From sequence record MN850622.1: a DNA stretch of 64,000 nt; one strand, written 5' to 3'. The notes beneath the pieces are model-generated. The model saw only the letters and a list, made by a program, of their open reading frames with translations. It had not been told where the DNA came from and made no database searches. The first letter of the stretch is position 1. Each line of letters opens with the position of its first letter. The translations under genes were made by a program, and so were the position numbers. This stretch comes from Escherichia phage mobillu. This document shows, one piece after another, positions 10,940-22,276 of the stretch.

Positions 10940-12909
10940 TGTGAAATAGGCTCCAAATCTATAGTTAAGTACTGAGGACGTAAGTCATTTTCGAATACGA
11001 TTAAAGAACCATCCTTTGTAAAAATAATATCATCTGCAGGGTCGGAATAAAGTTCAATTGTTTGAACTTCAAAACGGTCTGAAGTGAGGTCAATTTTAGC
11101 AATGTTCCAATAAATCGAATCGGCAGGATAATTCACTTCACCAATTGAATAGTATTTGTTTCGTCCGTCAGTAACAGTAAGTTTATTAAAATCATTACCT
11201 GTATAAGGTTGTATATTTTCGTTTTCAACAACATCACCATCTGCAAATGGACCAATAATAACTTGACCTATGCCACGGTCATTACGGTCAGAAGATACTA
11301 TGCGAACACCGTATTTAATAGTTTCGTTTGCATTTTCTGGATTAGGTCTGTGCGAATCAAACGAGAATATATTAGATTCCATCGATCTATCTTTAATCTG
11401 ATTATTGTATTTAATACCGGCCTCAGGCGTTTTATAGAAGTTTTGTACTTCTCGAACCATTTGAATGGTAGCTGAAGAACCAATAATAGAAATATCTGCA
11501 TCATCGACATAAGTTAGCATTTTAGATTTTGCAAACGATGAGTTAAAAATTTCTACATCTTCAATATAATAACGGTCTATTTTATTAATAATCTGCCCTT
11601 CAAGATATTGTTCTGATTCTTGGAGTTTATTCAACGCGTATGTAACTTTGATATTCATTTTGATAAACAAATAATCAGGCGAAATAACAACAGGTGTAAT
11701 AGTCCCTAAGTTATAATCATTCAAATAGTTTTTGATATCATCACGTTGAACAGAAGTCAAATACAATCCAGATTTAGGCTTAGCAGCAATATATGCGTAC
11801 CCTGGTTTAGATGAATCTGTGAATGTTTGAACCGCTTGAATAATAGAACCAAACCGCTCAGAGACGAATGTGTCATAGTCGGAAGCGGTTACACAACGTT
11901 GTTGAGTTTCGCGTTTAATTGTGCCTAATTCTCGAATACGTTCAATATCTTCAGGGTCGCCACCACCGTCAGCCCCGACAAAGTCTGGGTTATTGCTAGG
12001 GTTCTCGTTAATATCGATTACCGTGATATTAGCTAATGTATCAGCATAAGAAAATCCTACAGCACCGTTAGCATCTGCACCATTAGTAGAAATATACTCA
12101 ATTACGATTTTAGAACCCTGAACAGGTTTAAGGCCACCAATATAGTTAGATGTTAACGCACCTTCTGACGTGTTAATAGAGATTTCGCCTTCACCAAAAT
12201 AAAATTCGGTGTTCCCGTCAACTGTTTCACGCATATAATAGATTGTTGACGTAGAACCAGCGTGAACCATCGACTTACGAGTCCAGTTAATCCATTCTGC
12301 TCCGTCAACATACAACTTAACCAAATTACGGTCAATATTCTTATCACGAATAATGATAGGTTTTAATTTGTCAAATGTTAATTCAGTGCGAACAATACGT
12401 CCTTGAGCTAATCGAAGACGTGGAAAATATTGATTATTTTTGTCTTTAACTACAATGACATCTTCAGTAGAAACAAAGTTATACGGGTTAACAGAAGTAT
12501 CTTTAGCGTATGCTAAGAAACGAGTGCCACGTGGAATGGTGATATAGTTTCTATTTAATGCATCCGTACATGTGAGCATAATTTCTGTTTGTGCTGCTGA
12601 TTTAGATGAAGGCAGATATCCGTTATCTTGAGCCGCTTGTACAACAGAACTACGCAAGTTTGCAGTACGCATAAAACTTTCATACACTGCACTATTACTG
12701 AACTGTTGGATGTAAAGAGTGTTATATGCTAAAAGGTCGCACAATACGTTTAAGCGTGAACCTTCAAAATCATAATCAAGAAATTCATTCTGTCCATTAA
12801 GCCATTCGATAATGTTCTGTTTGATTTCGGCAAATGTGCCCCCGATAAAAATCTCGGGAATAGCATTCGCTGTTCGGGTTAATTGATAATTTACAGGAGT
12901 GTTTGCCAT
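10936..12909 (-). CDS. 6: baseplate wedge protein gp6
   Basis: Track ORF extends to 12966; internal ATG gives MANTPVNYQLTRTANAIPEIFIGG... matching T4 gp6 N-terminus. Confidence 0.9.
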   Translation of the reverse strand: MANTPVNYQLTRTANAIPEIFIGGTFAEIKQNIIEWLNGQNEFLDYDFEGSRLNVLCDLLAYNTLYIQQFSNSAVYESFMRTANLRSSVVQAAQDNGYLPSSKSAAQTEIMLTCTDALNRNYITIPRGTRFLAYAKDTSVNPYNFVSTEDVIVVKDKNNQYFPRLRLAQGRIVRTELTFDKLKPIIIRDKNIDRNLVKLYVDGAEWINWTRKSMVHAGSTSTIYYMRETVDGNTEFYFGEGEISINTSEGALTSNYIGGLKPVQGSKIVIEYISTNGADANGAVGFSYADTLANITVIDINENPSNNPDFVGADGGGDPEDIERIRELGTIKRETQQRCVTASDYDTFVSERFGSIIQAVQTFTDSSKPGYAYIAAKPKSGLYLTSVQRDDIKNYLNDYNLGTITPVVISPDYLFIKMNIKVTYALNKLQESEQYLEGQIINKIDRYYIEDVEIFNSSFAKSKMLTYVDDADISIIGSSATIQMVREVQNFYKTPEAGIKYNNQIKDRSMESNIFSFDSHRPNPENANETIKYGVRIVSSDRNDRGIGQVIIGPFADGDVVENENIQPYTGNDFNKLTVTDGRNKYYSIGEVNYPADSIYWNIAKIDLTSDRFEVQTIELYSDPADDIIFTKDGSLIVFENDLRPQYLTIDLEPISQ

Positions 12910-12917
12910 TTTAATTC

Positions 12918-13211
12918 CTATTTTATAAAGACTTTTGACGAGGCCTGAGAAACAGTATCCCCGCATGAAATTGGGTCAGCCATTTGAACGGCCTTTTTAC
13001 CGGTGACGTATACTTTAGATGTACGAGGTTCAGTAACACCTCCATGAGTCTCGTATGGTTTTTTAATTTCTGTATGAGGTGTTATTTGGTCTCCTGCTAC
13101 AAGAACAGGAATACCGCCGGTGAACACTTTAGATTGGGAAGCATTTATTACAGTAGGAGGCCATGCTTCATGACCTGTTGTAACGCACTTGTCGTAACTT
13201 AAGCCAGACAT
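12918..13211 (-). CDS. 5.4: PAAR-repeat spike-tip protein gp5.4
   Basis: Internal ATG gives 97 aa [30 protein letters not shown]..., near-identical to recalled T4 gp5.4. Confidence 0.88.
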   Translation of the reverse strand: MSGLSYDKCVTTGHEAWPPTVINASQSKVFTGGIPVLVAGDQITPHTEIKKPYETHGGVTEPRTSKVYVTGKKAVQMADPISCGDTVSQASSKVFIK

Positions 13212-13213
13212 TT

Positions 13214-13729
13214 TCATGGCCTCACATAAACATAGTTTCGTAATTGATGAGCCCATTTGCTCCAATTTCCTACTATAGTTTTTGTATAAACCTTAGTAAG
13301 AGTTTTTTGTATTGGAGCCGGTGGAGGTTCTGTACCAGAGTCACTTCTAGAACCGCCTGATGAACTTTCTTCTTGGTAGTTATAAATCATTTCAACCGTA
13401 TAACTAAACACTTTACGAAGATTCTGAGGAGCTCTCCACAAATATAACTGTGTGGACTCATCTTTTGGTAAATCATCCCATGAAGATGCGGTTTCAAAAT
13501 CATCATTTAATCGGTATTTCAATGCATCCGAAGAAAAGCTAAACACACTTTCATATGTTCCATATAAACGATTACCATCTACCGTAATGCCTTGTGTCGG
13601 TTCATAATCTGTTATATTTATTGACACTAAAGTTTCGGTTGTTTCTAACTGTGGAGTAAAAAGGACGTCAATAGACGCCCCTTCCATGTCTTCTCCTAAG
13701 TCGGTATTTAAAGGAAGTATTTGTGCCAT
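13214..13729 (-). CDS. 5.1: conserved hypothetical protein gp5.1
   Basis: 171 aa ORF between 5 and 5.4 as in T4. Confidence 0.7.
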   Translation of the reverse strand: MAQILPLNTDLGEDMEGASIDVLFTPQLETTETLVSINITDYEPTQGITVDGNRLYGTYESVFSFSSDALKYRLNDDFETASSWDDLPKDESTQLYLWRAPQNLRKVFSYTVEMIYNYQEESSSGGSRSDSGTEPPPAPIQKTLTKVYTKTIVGNWSKWAHQLRNYVYVRP

Positions 13730-13732
13730 ATA

Positions 13733-15466
13733 TTACCCAATATCAATACGAGATCCGTCAACAGTGTATTGTCCTGAAGCTACTGAGCTCATTGTAGACA
13801 TTGTTTCTGCCCAATCCCCGGCAACAGTCATATCAACATTACCATTAACAGTCCATTTAACGTTTCCGTTGACGGTGTAATCATGATTCCCTTCGACCTG
13901 AGTTTTAGCATCACCTTTAACAAGAATATCTGCATTTCCGTCAACAACTATTTTGATATTACCCTTAACGTAAAGAGTTCCATCGCCTTCAACAGTTTTA
14001 GTTTGGTTACCACGAATAAAGATTGTGTCATTGCCGTCTATTTGATGGAGGCGGTCTGCCATGTTATAATATATTTCATTAGCACCAACGTTAACAAGCT
14101 TATCGCCAGAAATCAAGAAGTTCCCATCGCCATTAGTGATGTCAAAAAGGTCTTCTACAGTTTTACGAGTACGACGCCCAGACGGAGAAACTTCCTCATA
14201 TGACCCTGTTGGATGAACTAAGCGATAACGTTCATTACCTGGAGTATCGTCAAATTCTTGGATATGACCACTTTCTGTTTCCATAGCATGAACATATGGG
14301 TACTCACCACGATAACTTGATTCCGGTTCTTTAAAAAGGATGCGTGAATCTAATGGGACAGGAGGACCAGCCGGGTCTTCTGAATCGGTATTTCTAGTAA
14401 CTAAATCAGCACCAACTCCTGGTGAAGGCGGTGTTTTAACAGGAACACCGTATGATTCCATGTTACCGGTTAAAATAATTGTTGTTACACGTGAAGCGCG
14501 TCCTTTAGTCTGTTGGAACCATAATGAATCGCGTCCAGATTTGTATGCAGTTTTCCAATCACCTTCGGCCATTGCTTTAAGCATAGTATTGAATTTTGCT
14601 ACACCACCAACGCCCATTTGGAAGCACATGTTTTCTAATGCCATTTGGCGAGATCTGTTCATTTTAGCATAAACAGGACCTACTTTAGAATTAGAACGAA
14701 TGTCTTTCTGCATCTTAGCAAGGTCTTTCTCAAATAATGCTGTTGCTTCTTCTAATGTAATAGTTCCCGGATTTCCTGTTACTTCACGCCCTACTTGATC
14801 AGATAGCAATTTATTAATTCGAGACATATCTCGGGTCTTTTCCATTACGATAAGGTGTCCAATACCTACGGTAGGATATCCGAGATGGTCCCAATACACT
14901 TTATCACGAAGACCTTCGTCACGACGTAACATTTCTGTTATTGTAAAATTAGGGTCGTCATCTTCTGGAATATTTGCTAAATCTGTATCATCTGGGTTTA
15001 TACCATAATCCAAGTTGTTATCTTGAATTACGTTAGAGTTTGAATAATAACCAGCTTCACCACCTTGGTTTAATACGTTCGTATCATTACCTAAACGTCG
15101 CGGATACTGGCCTGTCGGGTCTGAAAAACCTTCAAGTCTATTAGGCTTTTCACGTACTATTCCGCCGTATGTACCAAGTACAATCCCGTTTGTTTTCCAT
15201 TTGTCTAAGAAATGACCATATACTCGAGTTCCTTCAACAGGACCTGTAACAGAACCACCAATACCTGACATTGATGCAGACGTAATAGGTTGAATAACAG
15301 TCATCCATGGAAGTTTTTCTGTAGGAATACCCTGCACATCGCCTTGTACTCTCTGTGCGGGATGAAGCCCAACTACTCGAACTCGAACTCGCCCTTGTTT
15401 TAATGGGTCCATTCTGTCCTCGACAACACCCACGAACCAATTAAGGCTACTGCTAATCATTTCCAT
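13733..15466 (-). CDS. 5: baseplate hub / cell-puncturing device with lysozyme domain gp5
   Basis: 577 aa; MEMISSSLNWFVGVVEDRMDPLKQGRVRVRVVGLHP...; lysozyme-like segment and C-terminal VxGxxxx beta-helix repeats. Confidence 0.95.
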   Translation of the reverse strand: MEMISSSLNWFVGVVEDRMDPLKQGRVRVRVVGLHPAQRVQGDVQGIPTEKLPWMTVIQPITSASMSGIGGSVTGPVEGTRVYGHFLDKWKTNGIVLGTYGGIVREKPNRLEGFSDPTGQYPRRLGNDTNVLNQGGEAGYYSNSNVIQDNNLDYGINPDDTDLANIPEDDDPNFTITEMLRRDEGLRDKVYWDHLGYPTVGIGHLIVMEKTRDMSRINKLLSDQVGREVTGNPGTITLEEATALFEKDLAKMQKDIRSNSKVGPVYAKMNRSRQMALENMCFQMGVGGVAKFNTMLKAMAEGDWKTAYKSGRDSLWFQQTKGRASRVTTIILTGNMESYGVPVKTPPSPGVGADLVTRNTDSEDPAGPPVPLDSRILFKEPESSYRGEYPYVHAMETESGHIQEFDDTPGNERYRLVHPTGSYEEVSPSGRRTRKTVEDLFDITNGDGNFLISGDKLVNVGANEIYYNMADRLHQIDGNDTIFIRGNQTKTVEGDGTLYVKGNIKIVVDGNADILVKGDAKTQVEGNHDYTVNGNVKWTVNGNVDMTVAGDWAETMSTMSSVASGQYTVDGSRIDIG

Positions 15467-16041
15467 TATGCAATCTCCATCTCACGAATCAAATCTGTGA
15501 TAAACGAGTTTATATCTTCTTTTGCAACAATTTTTATTTTACGAAGCTTTTCATTATCTAATACTGCCGCTTCATAAGTATCTACTGCAGCTAAAGGTCC
15601 TTTATATTGCGGATACTTACGAGCTTCATCACCTTTATCGTACCACACTAAAGGCTCATCAGGATATGAAACCAAATTGTAAAATTTCTCACGGTTCTCG
15701 TTAATATGATAAAGAATTTGGTCGCCGCCTGCATTAGCATATTTCTGAATAGAAGCTTGATACGCTGCTTCCTGAGATGTAATCCAACCATAATACGGGT
15801 CGTAGTTATCGTTGCACATCAAAAGAACCCAGTATAATTGCGGGTTGCCATAAATGATATTCGCTAGTTCTTCAGGACGCGGAGAGCCTTTAATATAATA
15901 AGAACGTAATCTATAATTGGCAGCAACACGCTTAAAGTACTCTTTATAGTTACGAAATATGTCTGTCATAGGAATAGTAGGTGCATTCTTATCAACTGTT
16001 TTAGCACTATATCCTATTGGGTCGAAGAATGTAAATAACAA
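15466..16041 (-). CDS. 53: baseplate wedge protein gp53
   Basis: 191 aa; MLFTFFDPIGYSAKTVDKNAPTIPMTDIFRNYKEYF... matches recalled T4 gp53. Confidence 0.9.
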   Translation of the reverse strand: MLFTFFDPIGYSAKTVDKNAPTIPMTDIFRNYKEYFKRVAANYRLRSYYIKGSPRPEELANIIYGNPQLYWVLLMCNDNYDPYYGWITSQEAAYQASIQKYANAGGDQILYHINENREKFYNLVSYPDEPLVWYDKGDEARKYPQYKGPLAAVDTYEAAVLDNEKLRKIKIVAKEDINSFITDLIREMEIA

Positions 16042-16068
16042 GATAGTCTCCTTCCAATATGAAATTGG

Positions 16069-16076
16069 TATAAATA
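16069..16076 (+). promoter_or_regulatory. late promoter TATAAATA for gene 4
   Basis: Exact TATAAATA about 27 nt upstream of the gene 4 ATG in the divergent 53/4 intergenic region. Confidence 0.65.
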
Positions 16077-16083
16077 ATAATAC

Positions 16084-16091
16084 TATTTATA
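16084..16091 (-). promoter_or_regulatory. late promoter TATAAATA for gene 53 (divergent)
   Basis: Plus-strand TATTTATA is TATAAATA on minus strand, upstream of gene 53 start at 16041. Confidence 0.6.
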
Positions 16092-16102
16092 AGGAGGACA
16101 AC

Positions 16103-16552
16103 ATGGCCTACTCTGGTAAATGGGTCCCAAAAAATTTAAAAAAATACCGTGGAGACCATACCAAAATAACGTATCGTTCAAACTGGGAAAAATTCTTTTT
16201 CGAATGGTTGGATAAAAATCCAGAAATTATTGCATGGGGTAGTGAAACAGCAGTAATTCCATATTTTTGTAATGCTGAAGGTAAGAAACGTCGATACTAT
16301 ATGGACATATGGATGAAAGATGCATCAGGTCAAGAGTTCTTTGTAGAAATAAAACCAAAGAAAGAAACTCAACCACCTATTAAGCCTGCAAATCTTACTA
16401 CCGCAGCAAAGAAACGTTATATGAATGAAATATATACATGGTCTGTGAACTGCGACAAATGGAAAGCTGCCTCAGCTGTTGCTGAAAAGAGAAATATAAA
16501 ATTTCGAGTTCTAACCGAAGATGGTCTTAGAAAACTCGGATACAAGGGGTAA
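16103..16552 (+). CDS. 4: head completion protein gp4
   Basis: ATG with AAGGAGG SD; [48 protein letters not shown]... near-identical to recalled T4 gp4; the track N-terminal extension is antisense to gene 53. Confidence 0.92.
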   Translation: MAYSGKWVPKNLKKYRGDHTKITYRSNWEKFFFEWLDKNPEIIAWGSETAVIPYFCNAEGKKRRYYMDIWMKDASGQEFFVEIKPKKETQPPIKPANLTTAAKKRYMNEIYTWSVNCDKWKAASAVAEKRNIKFRVLTEDGLRKLGYKG

Positions 16553-16554
16553 TT

Positions 16555-17376
16555 ATGAGCATATTCCAAATTATATCTGAAGGCGTACAAGCCCCTAAGA
16601 TTGCTCAGTCTATGAATGAAAGAAAATGGATTGAGATAGGATTAGAATACAAGAAAGCTAAAGAGAAAGGAATCACTGCAAAAGCATTTGCAGAATCAAA
16701 AGGAATAAAATACTCGTCGTTTACATCTGCAATGTCTAGATATGCATCATCTATTAAGACTGCACAGAAAATTGAAACGCTTGAATCTAAACCTAAAAAT
16801 AAACTCAATAAGCAAGAACGTCAACTTCTGATGATAAACTCGTTTCGCAGTTCAATACGAGAAAAGATTAGAAATGAAGGCGCAGCAGTAAACAACAAAT
16901 CATCTAAGTGGTTTGCTGAAACAATTAAGAAAAGTGTAAAAGGTCATAAAGTAGTCAAGCCTACGCCAGGCAAAATTTATACTTACGTGTATGATGCTAA
17001 ACATAAAGATACTCTGCCATACTGGGACAGATATCCTTTGATTATTTATTTAGGATTAGGTAAACATAATTTGATGTATGGGTTAAACTTGCACTATATC
17101 CCACCTAAAGCACGACAACAGTTTCTTGAAGAATTGCTGAAGCAATATGCTAGCACAACTACTATTACTAATAACACAAAGTTGAAGATAGACTGGAGCA
17201 AGGTGAAAGGATTTCAAGGTGCTGACAAAATGATTAAAGCATACCTGCCAGGCCACATTAGAGGAACAATAACAGAAATAGCTCCTAAAGACTGGGCTAA
17301 CATAATCATGTTACCTACTCAGCAGTTTATGTCAAAAGGAAAACGTTTCTCTGCGAATACTGTTTGGAAATCTTAA
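16555..17376 (+). CDS. 2: DNA end protector protein gp2
   Basis: 273 aa basic protein at the T4 gene 2 position (T4 gp2 about 274 aa). Confidence 0.8.
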   Translation: MSIFQIISEGVQAPKIAQSMNERKWIEIGLEYKKAKEKGITAKAFAESKGIKYSSFTSAMSRYASSIKTAQKIETLESKPKNKLNKQERQLLMINSFRSSIREKIRNEGAAVNNKSSKWFAETIKKSVKGHKVVKPTPGKIYTYVYDAKHKDTLPYWDRYPLIIYLGLGKHNLMYGLNLHYIPPKARQQFLEELLKQYASTTTITNNTKLKIDWSKVKGFQGADKMIKAYLPGHIRGTITEIAPKDWANIIMLPTQQFMSKGKRFSANTVWKS

Positions 17377-17478
17377 TTCTATTCTCTTCCGTTCTTCTGA
17401 TATTCTGTTGAACCGGATTAATGGAAGAGACCTAAAACCATTATACTGCATTTTTATTAAAGCGTTTTTGAGGTGCTT

Positions 17479-18063
17479 ATGACTCGTCCAGCGAGACAGA
17501 TTTTTAACCAAACAAATATAACAAACTTTGTTGTGGATATCCCGGATAGTACACGAACTTCAGGTTTTGTGCTTAATGCTCAAACGGCTCCATTACCTGG
17601 TGTGAGAATTCCTGTTGTTGAAACTGTGACGGGCACAATGGGGTTAGGACGTGCAATGCGCGCAGGCACTACATTTGAATATGACCCTTTTATTGTACGC
17701 TTTATAGTTGATGAAGACATGACGTCCTGGATGAACATGTATAAATGGATGCTCAGCACTAATAACTATATAACCGGTCATAATACAGCCCACTCCGATG
17801 GTCCTGAGTTTGTTACTTTGCACATTTTAAACAACAATAAGACTGAAGTAGTTTTGACGGCGAATTTCTATAAACCATGGATTTCTGATTTGAGTGAAAT
17901 TGAATTTAGTTACACTGAAGACTCTGACCCTGCCGTTACATGCGTAGCAACTATTCACTATGCGTATATGACGATAGAAAAGGATGGTGAAGTCATTGTA
18001 TCTCAACAACCACGTCAAGCAGTCGAATCTAAATCCATTTCTAGACACCCTTCCTTGCGTTAA
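17479..18063 (+). CDS. 3: tail completion / sheath stabiliser gp3
   Basis: ATG after GAGGTG SD (track used upstream GTG); position between 2 and 1. Confidence 0.8.
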   Translation: MTRPARQIFNQTNITNFVVDIPDSTRTSGFVLNAQTAPLPGVRIPVVETVTGTMGLGRAMRAGTTFEYDPFIVRFIVDEDMTSWMNMYKWMLSTNNYITGHNTAHSDGPEFVTLHILNNNKTEVVLTANFYKPWISDLSEIEFSYTEDSDPAVTCVATIHYAYMTIEKDGEVIVSQQPRQAVESKSISRHPSLR

Positions 18064-18116
18064 TCGCTTCTAGCTCCGTATGTTATAATCACTCATAAAT
18101 TATATGAGGAAAACCT

Positions 18117-18851
18117 ATGGAGCTAATCTTTTTAAGTGGCATCAAACGTAGTGGCAAAGATACTACTGCTGATTACATCAATTCAAACTTTAAATCTGTA
18201 AAATATCAATTAGCATATCCAATTAAAGACGCATTGGCAATCGCATGGGGTCGTAAACATGCTGAAAACCCTGATGTATTCACCGAGTTGAAATACGAAT
18301 ACTTTGAAGGCATTGGATACGACCGTGAAACACCATTAAATCTCAATAAGTTGGATGTTATTGAATTATTGGAAGAAGCGCTAATTTATTTGCAAAGTCA
18401 TTATTTACCGATTAATAATGTTAAAGTATTATCATCGTTAGAAGGTGGATATTCGTATCTAGATATTAAACCATATGAAGCCCTGCGTGAAGCTATAAAT
18501 AATATCAACGACACATGGTCAGTCCGCCGTCTTATGCAAGCCCTCGGTACGGATGTTGTCGTTAATTTATTTGACCGTATGTATTGGGTTAAACTTTTTG
18601 CATTAAACTATATGGATTATATTGGAAGTGATTTCGATTACTATGTTGTAACCGATACACGCCAAGTCCATGAAATGGAAACCGCTAGAGCGATGGGTGC
18701 TACAGTTATTCATGTGGTTCGCTCTGGTACGGAATCCACCGATAAACATATTACAGAAGCTGGGTTGCCTATTGAAGAAGGCGATTTAGTTATTACAAAC
18801 GACGGCTCTTTAGAAGAGCTTTATTCTAAAATTGAAACAATCTTAAGGTAA
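18117..18851 (+). CDS. 1: deoxynucleoside monophosphate kinase gp1
   Basis: 244 aa; MELIFLSGIKRSGKDTTADYI (P-loop) ...WSVRRLMQALGTD...RAMGATVIHVVR... matches recalled T4 gp1. Confidence 0.92.
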   Translation: MELIFLSGIKRSGKDTTADYINSNFKSVKYQLAYPIKDALAIAWGRKHAENPDVFTELKYEYFEGIGYDRETPLNLNKLDVIELLEEALIYLQSHYLPINNVKVLSSLEGGYSYLDIKPYEALREAINNINDTWSVRRLMQALGTDVVVNLFDRMYWVKLFALNYMDYIGSDFDYYVVTDTRQVHEMETARAMGATVIHVVRSGTESTDKHITEAGLPIEEGDLVITNDGSLEELYSKIETILR

Positions 18852-18855
18852 TAAA

Positions 18856-19541
<686 letters not shown>

Positions 19542-19555
19542 TTTTCACAAAACAG

Positions 19556-19595
19556 TTTACATAAGGATGATGGTGTGTTACTATCATCCTATCAA
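19556..19595 (+). promoter_or_regulatory. T4-type early promoter in stem-loop (PeSL-like) upstream of ipI
   Basis: GTTTACA -35 box, about 17-bp spacer, -10 TACTAT inside inverted repeat AGGATGAT/ATCATCCT. Confidence 0.6.
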
Positions 19596-19618
19596 ATAAA
19601 TAACCTCAAGGAAATAAA

Positions 19619-19906
19619 ATGAAAACCTATAAAGAATTTATATCACCTTTTGCTAACGTTTCTACTCTGACCGAAGCAACCCTTACTTCCGAAGTTATTA
19701 AAGCAAATAAAGGACGTGAGGGTAAACCAATGATTAGCCTGGTTGACGGCGAAGAAGTAAAAGGTACTGTTTACTTAGGGGATGGATGGTCTGCTAAGAA
19801 AGACGGCGCTACTATTGTTATCTCTCCGGCAGAAGAGACTGCATTGTTTAAAGCTAAGCATATTTCTGTAGCTCAGCTTAAAATTATTGCAAAAACTCTT
19901 CTGTAA
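19619..19906 (+). CDS. ipI: internal protein I (capsid-targeted, injected; anti-GmrSD in T4)
   Basis: 95 aa; N-terminal capsid targeting sequence MKTYKEFISPFANVSTLTE then ATLTSEVIKANKGREGKPMISLVDGEE... matching recalled T4 IPI; 19-aa propeptide ending LTE. Confidence 0.88.
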   Translation: MKTYKEFISPFANVSTLTEATLTSEVIKANKGREGKPMISLVDGEEVKGTVYLGDGWSAKKDGATIVISPAEETALFKAKHISVAQLKIIAKTLL

Positions 19907-19909
19907 GTA

Positions 19910-19948
19910 GTTTACATCTTGATAGGACTATGTTATAGTAGTCCTATC
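19910..19948 (+). promoter_or_regulatory. PeSL-like early promoter
   Basis: GTTTACA, 17-bp spacer, TATAGT inside perfect 10-bp inverted repeat GATAGGACTA/TAGTCCTATC. Confidence 0.65.
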
Positions 19949-19976
19949 AAAACAAATGAGTAAATGGAGAAATAAA

Positions 19977-20162
19977 ATGAAACGCGCTGAACTGATTCGT
20001 AATGTTGCTGTAGTAATTGCTTCAATGGCTTTTAGTTTTTCGATGTTTGTAGGATTCATTTGCGGACTACTGACAACAACTGAAAATTCTATCTCATTGG
20101 TAGTAGCATTTCTAATCGGTTTAATCGCTATCGTTATGGATAAAATTGCAAAAGGTGAGTAA
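19977..20162 (+). CDS. small hydrophobic (membrane) protein
   Basis: ATG preceded by GGAG SD; hydrophobic core; the upstream in-frame ATG at 19956 lacks an SD. Confidence 0.5.
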   Translation: MKRAELIRNVAVVIASMAFSFSMFVGFICGLLTTTENSISLVVAFLIGLIAIVMDKIAKGE

Positions 20163-20163
20163 A

Positions 20164-20526
20164 ATGAAATATCACGTATATGCGGATTTTGAAGCAAATC
20201 CTTCTAAAGACCCTGATTGTCGTTTGATACGCAAACCATTTGATTCAGCAGCTCAAGCATGGACTTGGATTAAATCTAAATCGCCTGGTTATATGTTCTT
20301 TGAAGTAGTCGATGACAATGGTACACTGCATCCAGAACCTACAGAAACTATTAATTTCCTTATGTTTGCTGGTTACGACTGTTATCCTCTTGGCGGTATT
20401 GACGACCTTGTTGCTACAGGAAAAACTGTTGAGGCTCTTCGCGAAATTTATAAAAACGCAGAAGAAAATTTTGACTGGTATCATATTGTTGATGCTCATA
20501 CCTTTGAAATGGTGGAACATTCATGA
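20164..20526 (+). CDS. hypothetical protein
   Basis: ORF with AGGTGAG SD before the internal ATG; tightly packed with neighbours. Confidence 0.55.
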   Translation: MKYHVYADFEANPSKDPDCRLIRKPFDSAAQAWTWIKSKSPGYMFFEVVDDNGTLHPEPTETINFLMFAGYDCYPLGGIDDLVATGKTVEALREIYKNAEENFDWYHIVDAHTFEMVEHS

Positions 20527-20813
20527 TTCTTTATGCTAAAGTATCGTCCATTGAGAATGGATACGAAAGCGATCAACGTGCAGCTAAAGCACTAGTCGAT
20601 GACTACGGTATTCTGACTAACTTTGAGGTTGAAAAGGTTTATATCGACCGTTCATCTTCGCAAGTTAAATTACTCTGTGAAGACGGTAAATTTAACACAG
20701 TTAACTTTGATTTCTTTATTGAAACAGAAAAAGGCCCTCTTGAATATGATATTTTCAAGAATCCTTTGAAATTACGTTGCATTGAATATAATTACATTAA
20801 TATGGTACGGTGA
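20523..20813 (+). CDS. hypothetical protein
   Basis: ORF with ATGA start/stop overlap. Confidence 0.55.
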   Translation: MILYAKVSSIENGYESDQRAAKALVDDYGILTNFEVEKVYIDRSSSQVKLLCEDGKFNTVNFDFFIETEKGPLEYDIFKNPLKLRCIEYNYINMVR

Positions 20814-20817
20814 GTAA

Positions 20818-21333
20818 ATGAATATTTGTTTAGGCAGTACAATTCCTAAGGGTTACGTAATTGATGTCACTACTTGGGAAAATGACGGCGACAACTATAA
20901 AACTAAAACGTTGTTTGGTGTAGAAGAGCATGAGCTCCAACAGTTTAAATATCTCTTGAAGAAATTTAAGAGCCGTCATTCTAGCACCAAAGCCGAACGT
21001 TATTGCGGTAATACACCATTCAGTGATTGCTCGCTTTTAATCTATGAATACCTGGTTGAAGGACTGTTCTCAGACCAACTCCATCCGGAATTTATTAAAA
21101 AGGTCTTTGGTGTCGAAGTAGACCTTGGTGATAAATCTGAAGAAGACGAAGCCCGTGTATTCGACCTGTTCTTTGTGAAAGGCGATGAGATATCTCAAGG
21201 ACTTATTGATATTCTTGGCTATGCTTCTGAATATTATGATTACGATTTCTTGCGTGTAGTTGAACGTGTCGAATTTGCTTATATTGAAAAAGAAATTGTT
21301 TTGCCAACCGTTAAAATGGTTGATTTGCTTTAA
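20818..21333 (+). CDS. hypothetical protein
   Basis: 171 aa ORF, acidic, phage-typical codon usage. Confidence 0.6.
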   Translation: MNICLGSTIPKGYVIDVTTWENDGDNYKTKTLFGVEEHELQQFKYLLKKFKSRHSSTKAERYCGNTPFSDCSLLIYEYLVEGLFSDQLHPEFIKKVFGVEVDLGDKSEEDEARVFDLFFVKGDEISQGLIDILGYASEYYDYDFLRVVERVEFAYIEKEIVLPTVKMVDLL

Positions 21334-21412
21334 GAATTATGTGTTATTATTAATTCATACCCTCTATTACCAAAGGTGCTCTAAAGTGCCTTTCATAATA
21401 GAAAGTTATTAA

Positions 21413-21487
21413 GGCCCTGTAGCTCAATGGGAGAGCTGTCAGCTCATAACTGATAGGTAGCTGGATCGAAACCAGCCAGGGCCACCA
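21413..21487 (+). tRNA. tRNA with CAU anticodon (Met or lysidine-type Ile; T4 synteny suggests Ile)
   Basis: Cloverleaf by hand: acceptor GGCCCTG/CAGGGCC, D arm GCTC-AATGGGA-GAGC, anticodon arm GTCAG-CTCATAA-CTGAT, T arm GCTGG-ATCGAAA-CCAGC, encoded CCA. Confidence 0.75.
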
Positions 21488-21490
21488 ATC

Positions 21491-21567
<77 letters not shown>

Positions 21568-21585
21568 ACTTCAAGTGAGGAAAAT

Positions 21586-21930
21586 ATGAAAGGCAATATT
21601 TATCTGGTAGTTCATGACTTAACGTTTTATTTTAACGAACGTGAAACAGTTATTTCCGATAGGTTAATTAATTCATTATATCAACATGCTGATTATGTTT
21701 ATTTTCAAAATGAATTCGGACATTGGAAGTTTCTTAAAAACCGTTCAGGGTTAACTAGTTTTGAATACTTTGACCGTAAAGACCTTTTAAACGAAATTCC
21801 ATTACAACATCGGTTCCAGAAACGCGAATCACTATACTATTGTCGTCATATACCAAATGCTGAATGTGTTAATGAAGCGATTAATCTATGGCGTCGGCGT
21901 CGAGAGCAAATTGATGATATGCCAAAATAA
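21586..21930 (+). CDS. hypothetical protein between tRNAs and stable-RNA candidate
   Basis: ATG MKGNIYLVVHDL... with GAGG SD; the track's upstream extension overlaps tRNA-Arg. Confidence 0.55.
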   Translation: MKGNIYLVVHDLTFYFNERETVISDRLINSLYQHADYVYFQNEFGHWKFLKNRSGLTSFEYFDRKDLLNEIPLQHRFQKRESLYYCRHIPNAECVNEAINLWRRRREQIDDMPK

Positions 21931-22039
21931 GAAGCCGGGTCGCTACCGGCAAGTCGTCGGACTGATGTTCCCTGAGTAAGGACTGGTCTTAATAAATCTT
22001 TACGATTTGTTAATATCCCCTTACATCACAGCAGAAACG

Positions 22040-22190
22040 GCGCACCGAATTATCGATTCGAGGAAATATCTTTGCCGTAAGCCGAGTAGCGTTTTTGACG
22101 GAACGTTCGGATATGGTCGAGATATGGCCTTTTAAAAATATTGAGTAGCGTCAACTGCTTAATAACCGGGTTCGAATCCCGGCGTTTCGT
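22040..22190 (+). ncRNA. candidate small stable RNA with tRNA-like 3' domain (possible counterpart of T4 species 1/2 RNAs)
   Basis: GC-rich non-coding stretch; canonical T arm CCGGG-TTCGAAT-CCCGG (22165-22181) followed by acceptor-like CGTTTCG able to pair with CGGAACG at 22098; a full cloverleaf could not be folded by hand. Confidence 0.35.
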
Positions 22191-22242
22191 ACAAACACTC
22201 GCCTTAGCAGGTGGAACCCCGACAAGGTTGCCGCAAGGCTTA

Positions 22243-22269
22243 GCCCCTTCCGAAAGGTCGGGGCTTTTT
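22243..22269 (+). terminator. intrinsic terminator
   Basis: AGCCCC-TTCCGAAAGG-TCGGGGCT hairpin followed by TTTTT. Confidence 0.7.
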
Positions 22270-22276
22270 GGCATAA

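Noticed and set aside
3435-12966. Track N-terminal extensions of genes 11, 6, 5.4 (and similarly 3, 4, 55, e, denV, regB) starting at TTG/GTG or upstream ATG
   Set aside because: Internal ATG with SD reproduces the recalled T4 protein N-terminus and length in each case.
22050-22274. Minus-strand 74-aa ORF over the GC-rich region downstream of the tRNAs
   Set aside because: Lies on a segment with tRNA-like structure and a plus-strand terminator; open frame attributed to local GC richness, not coding.
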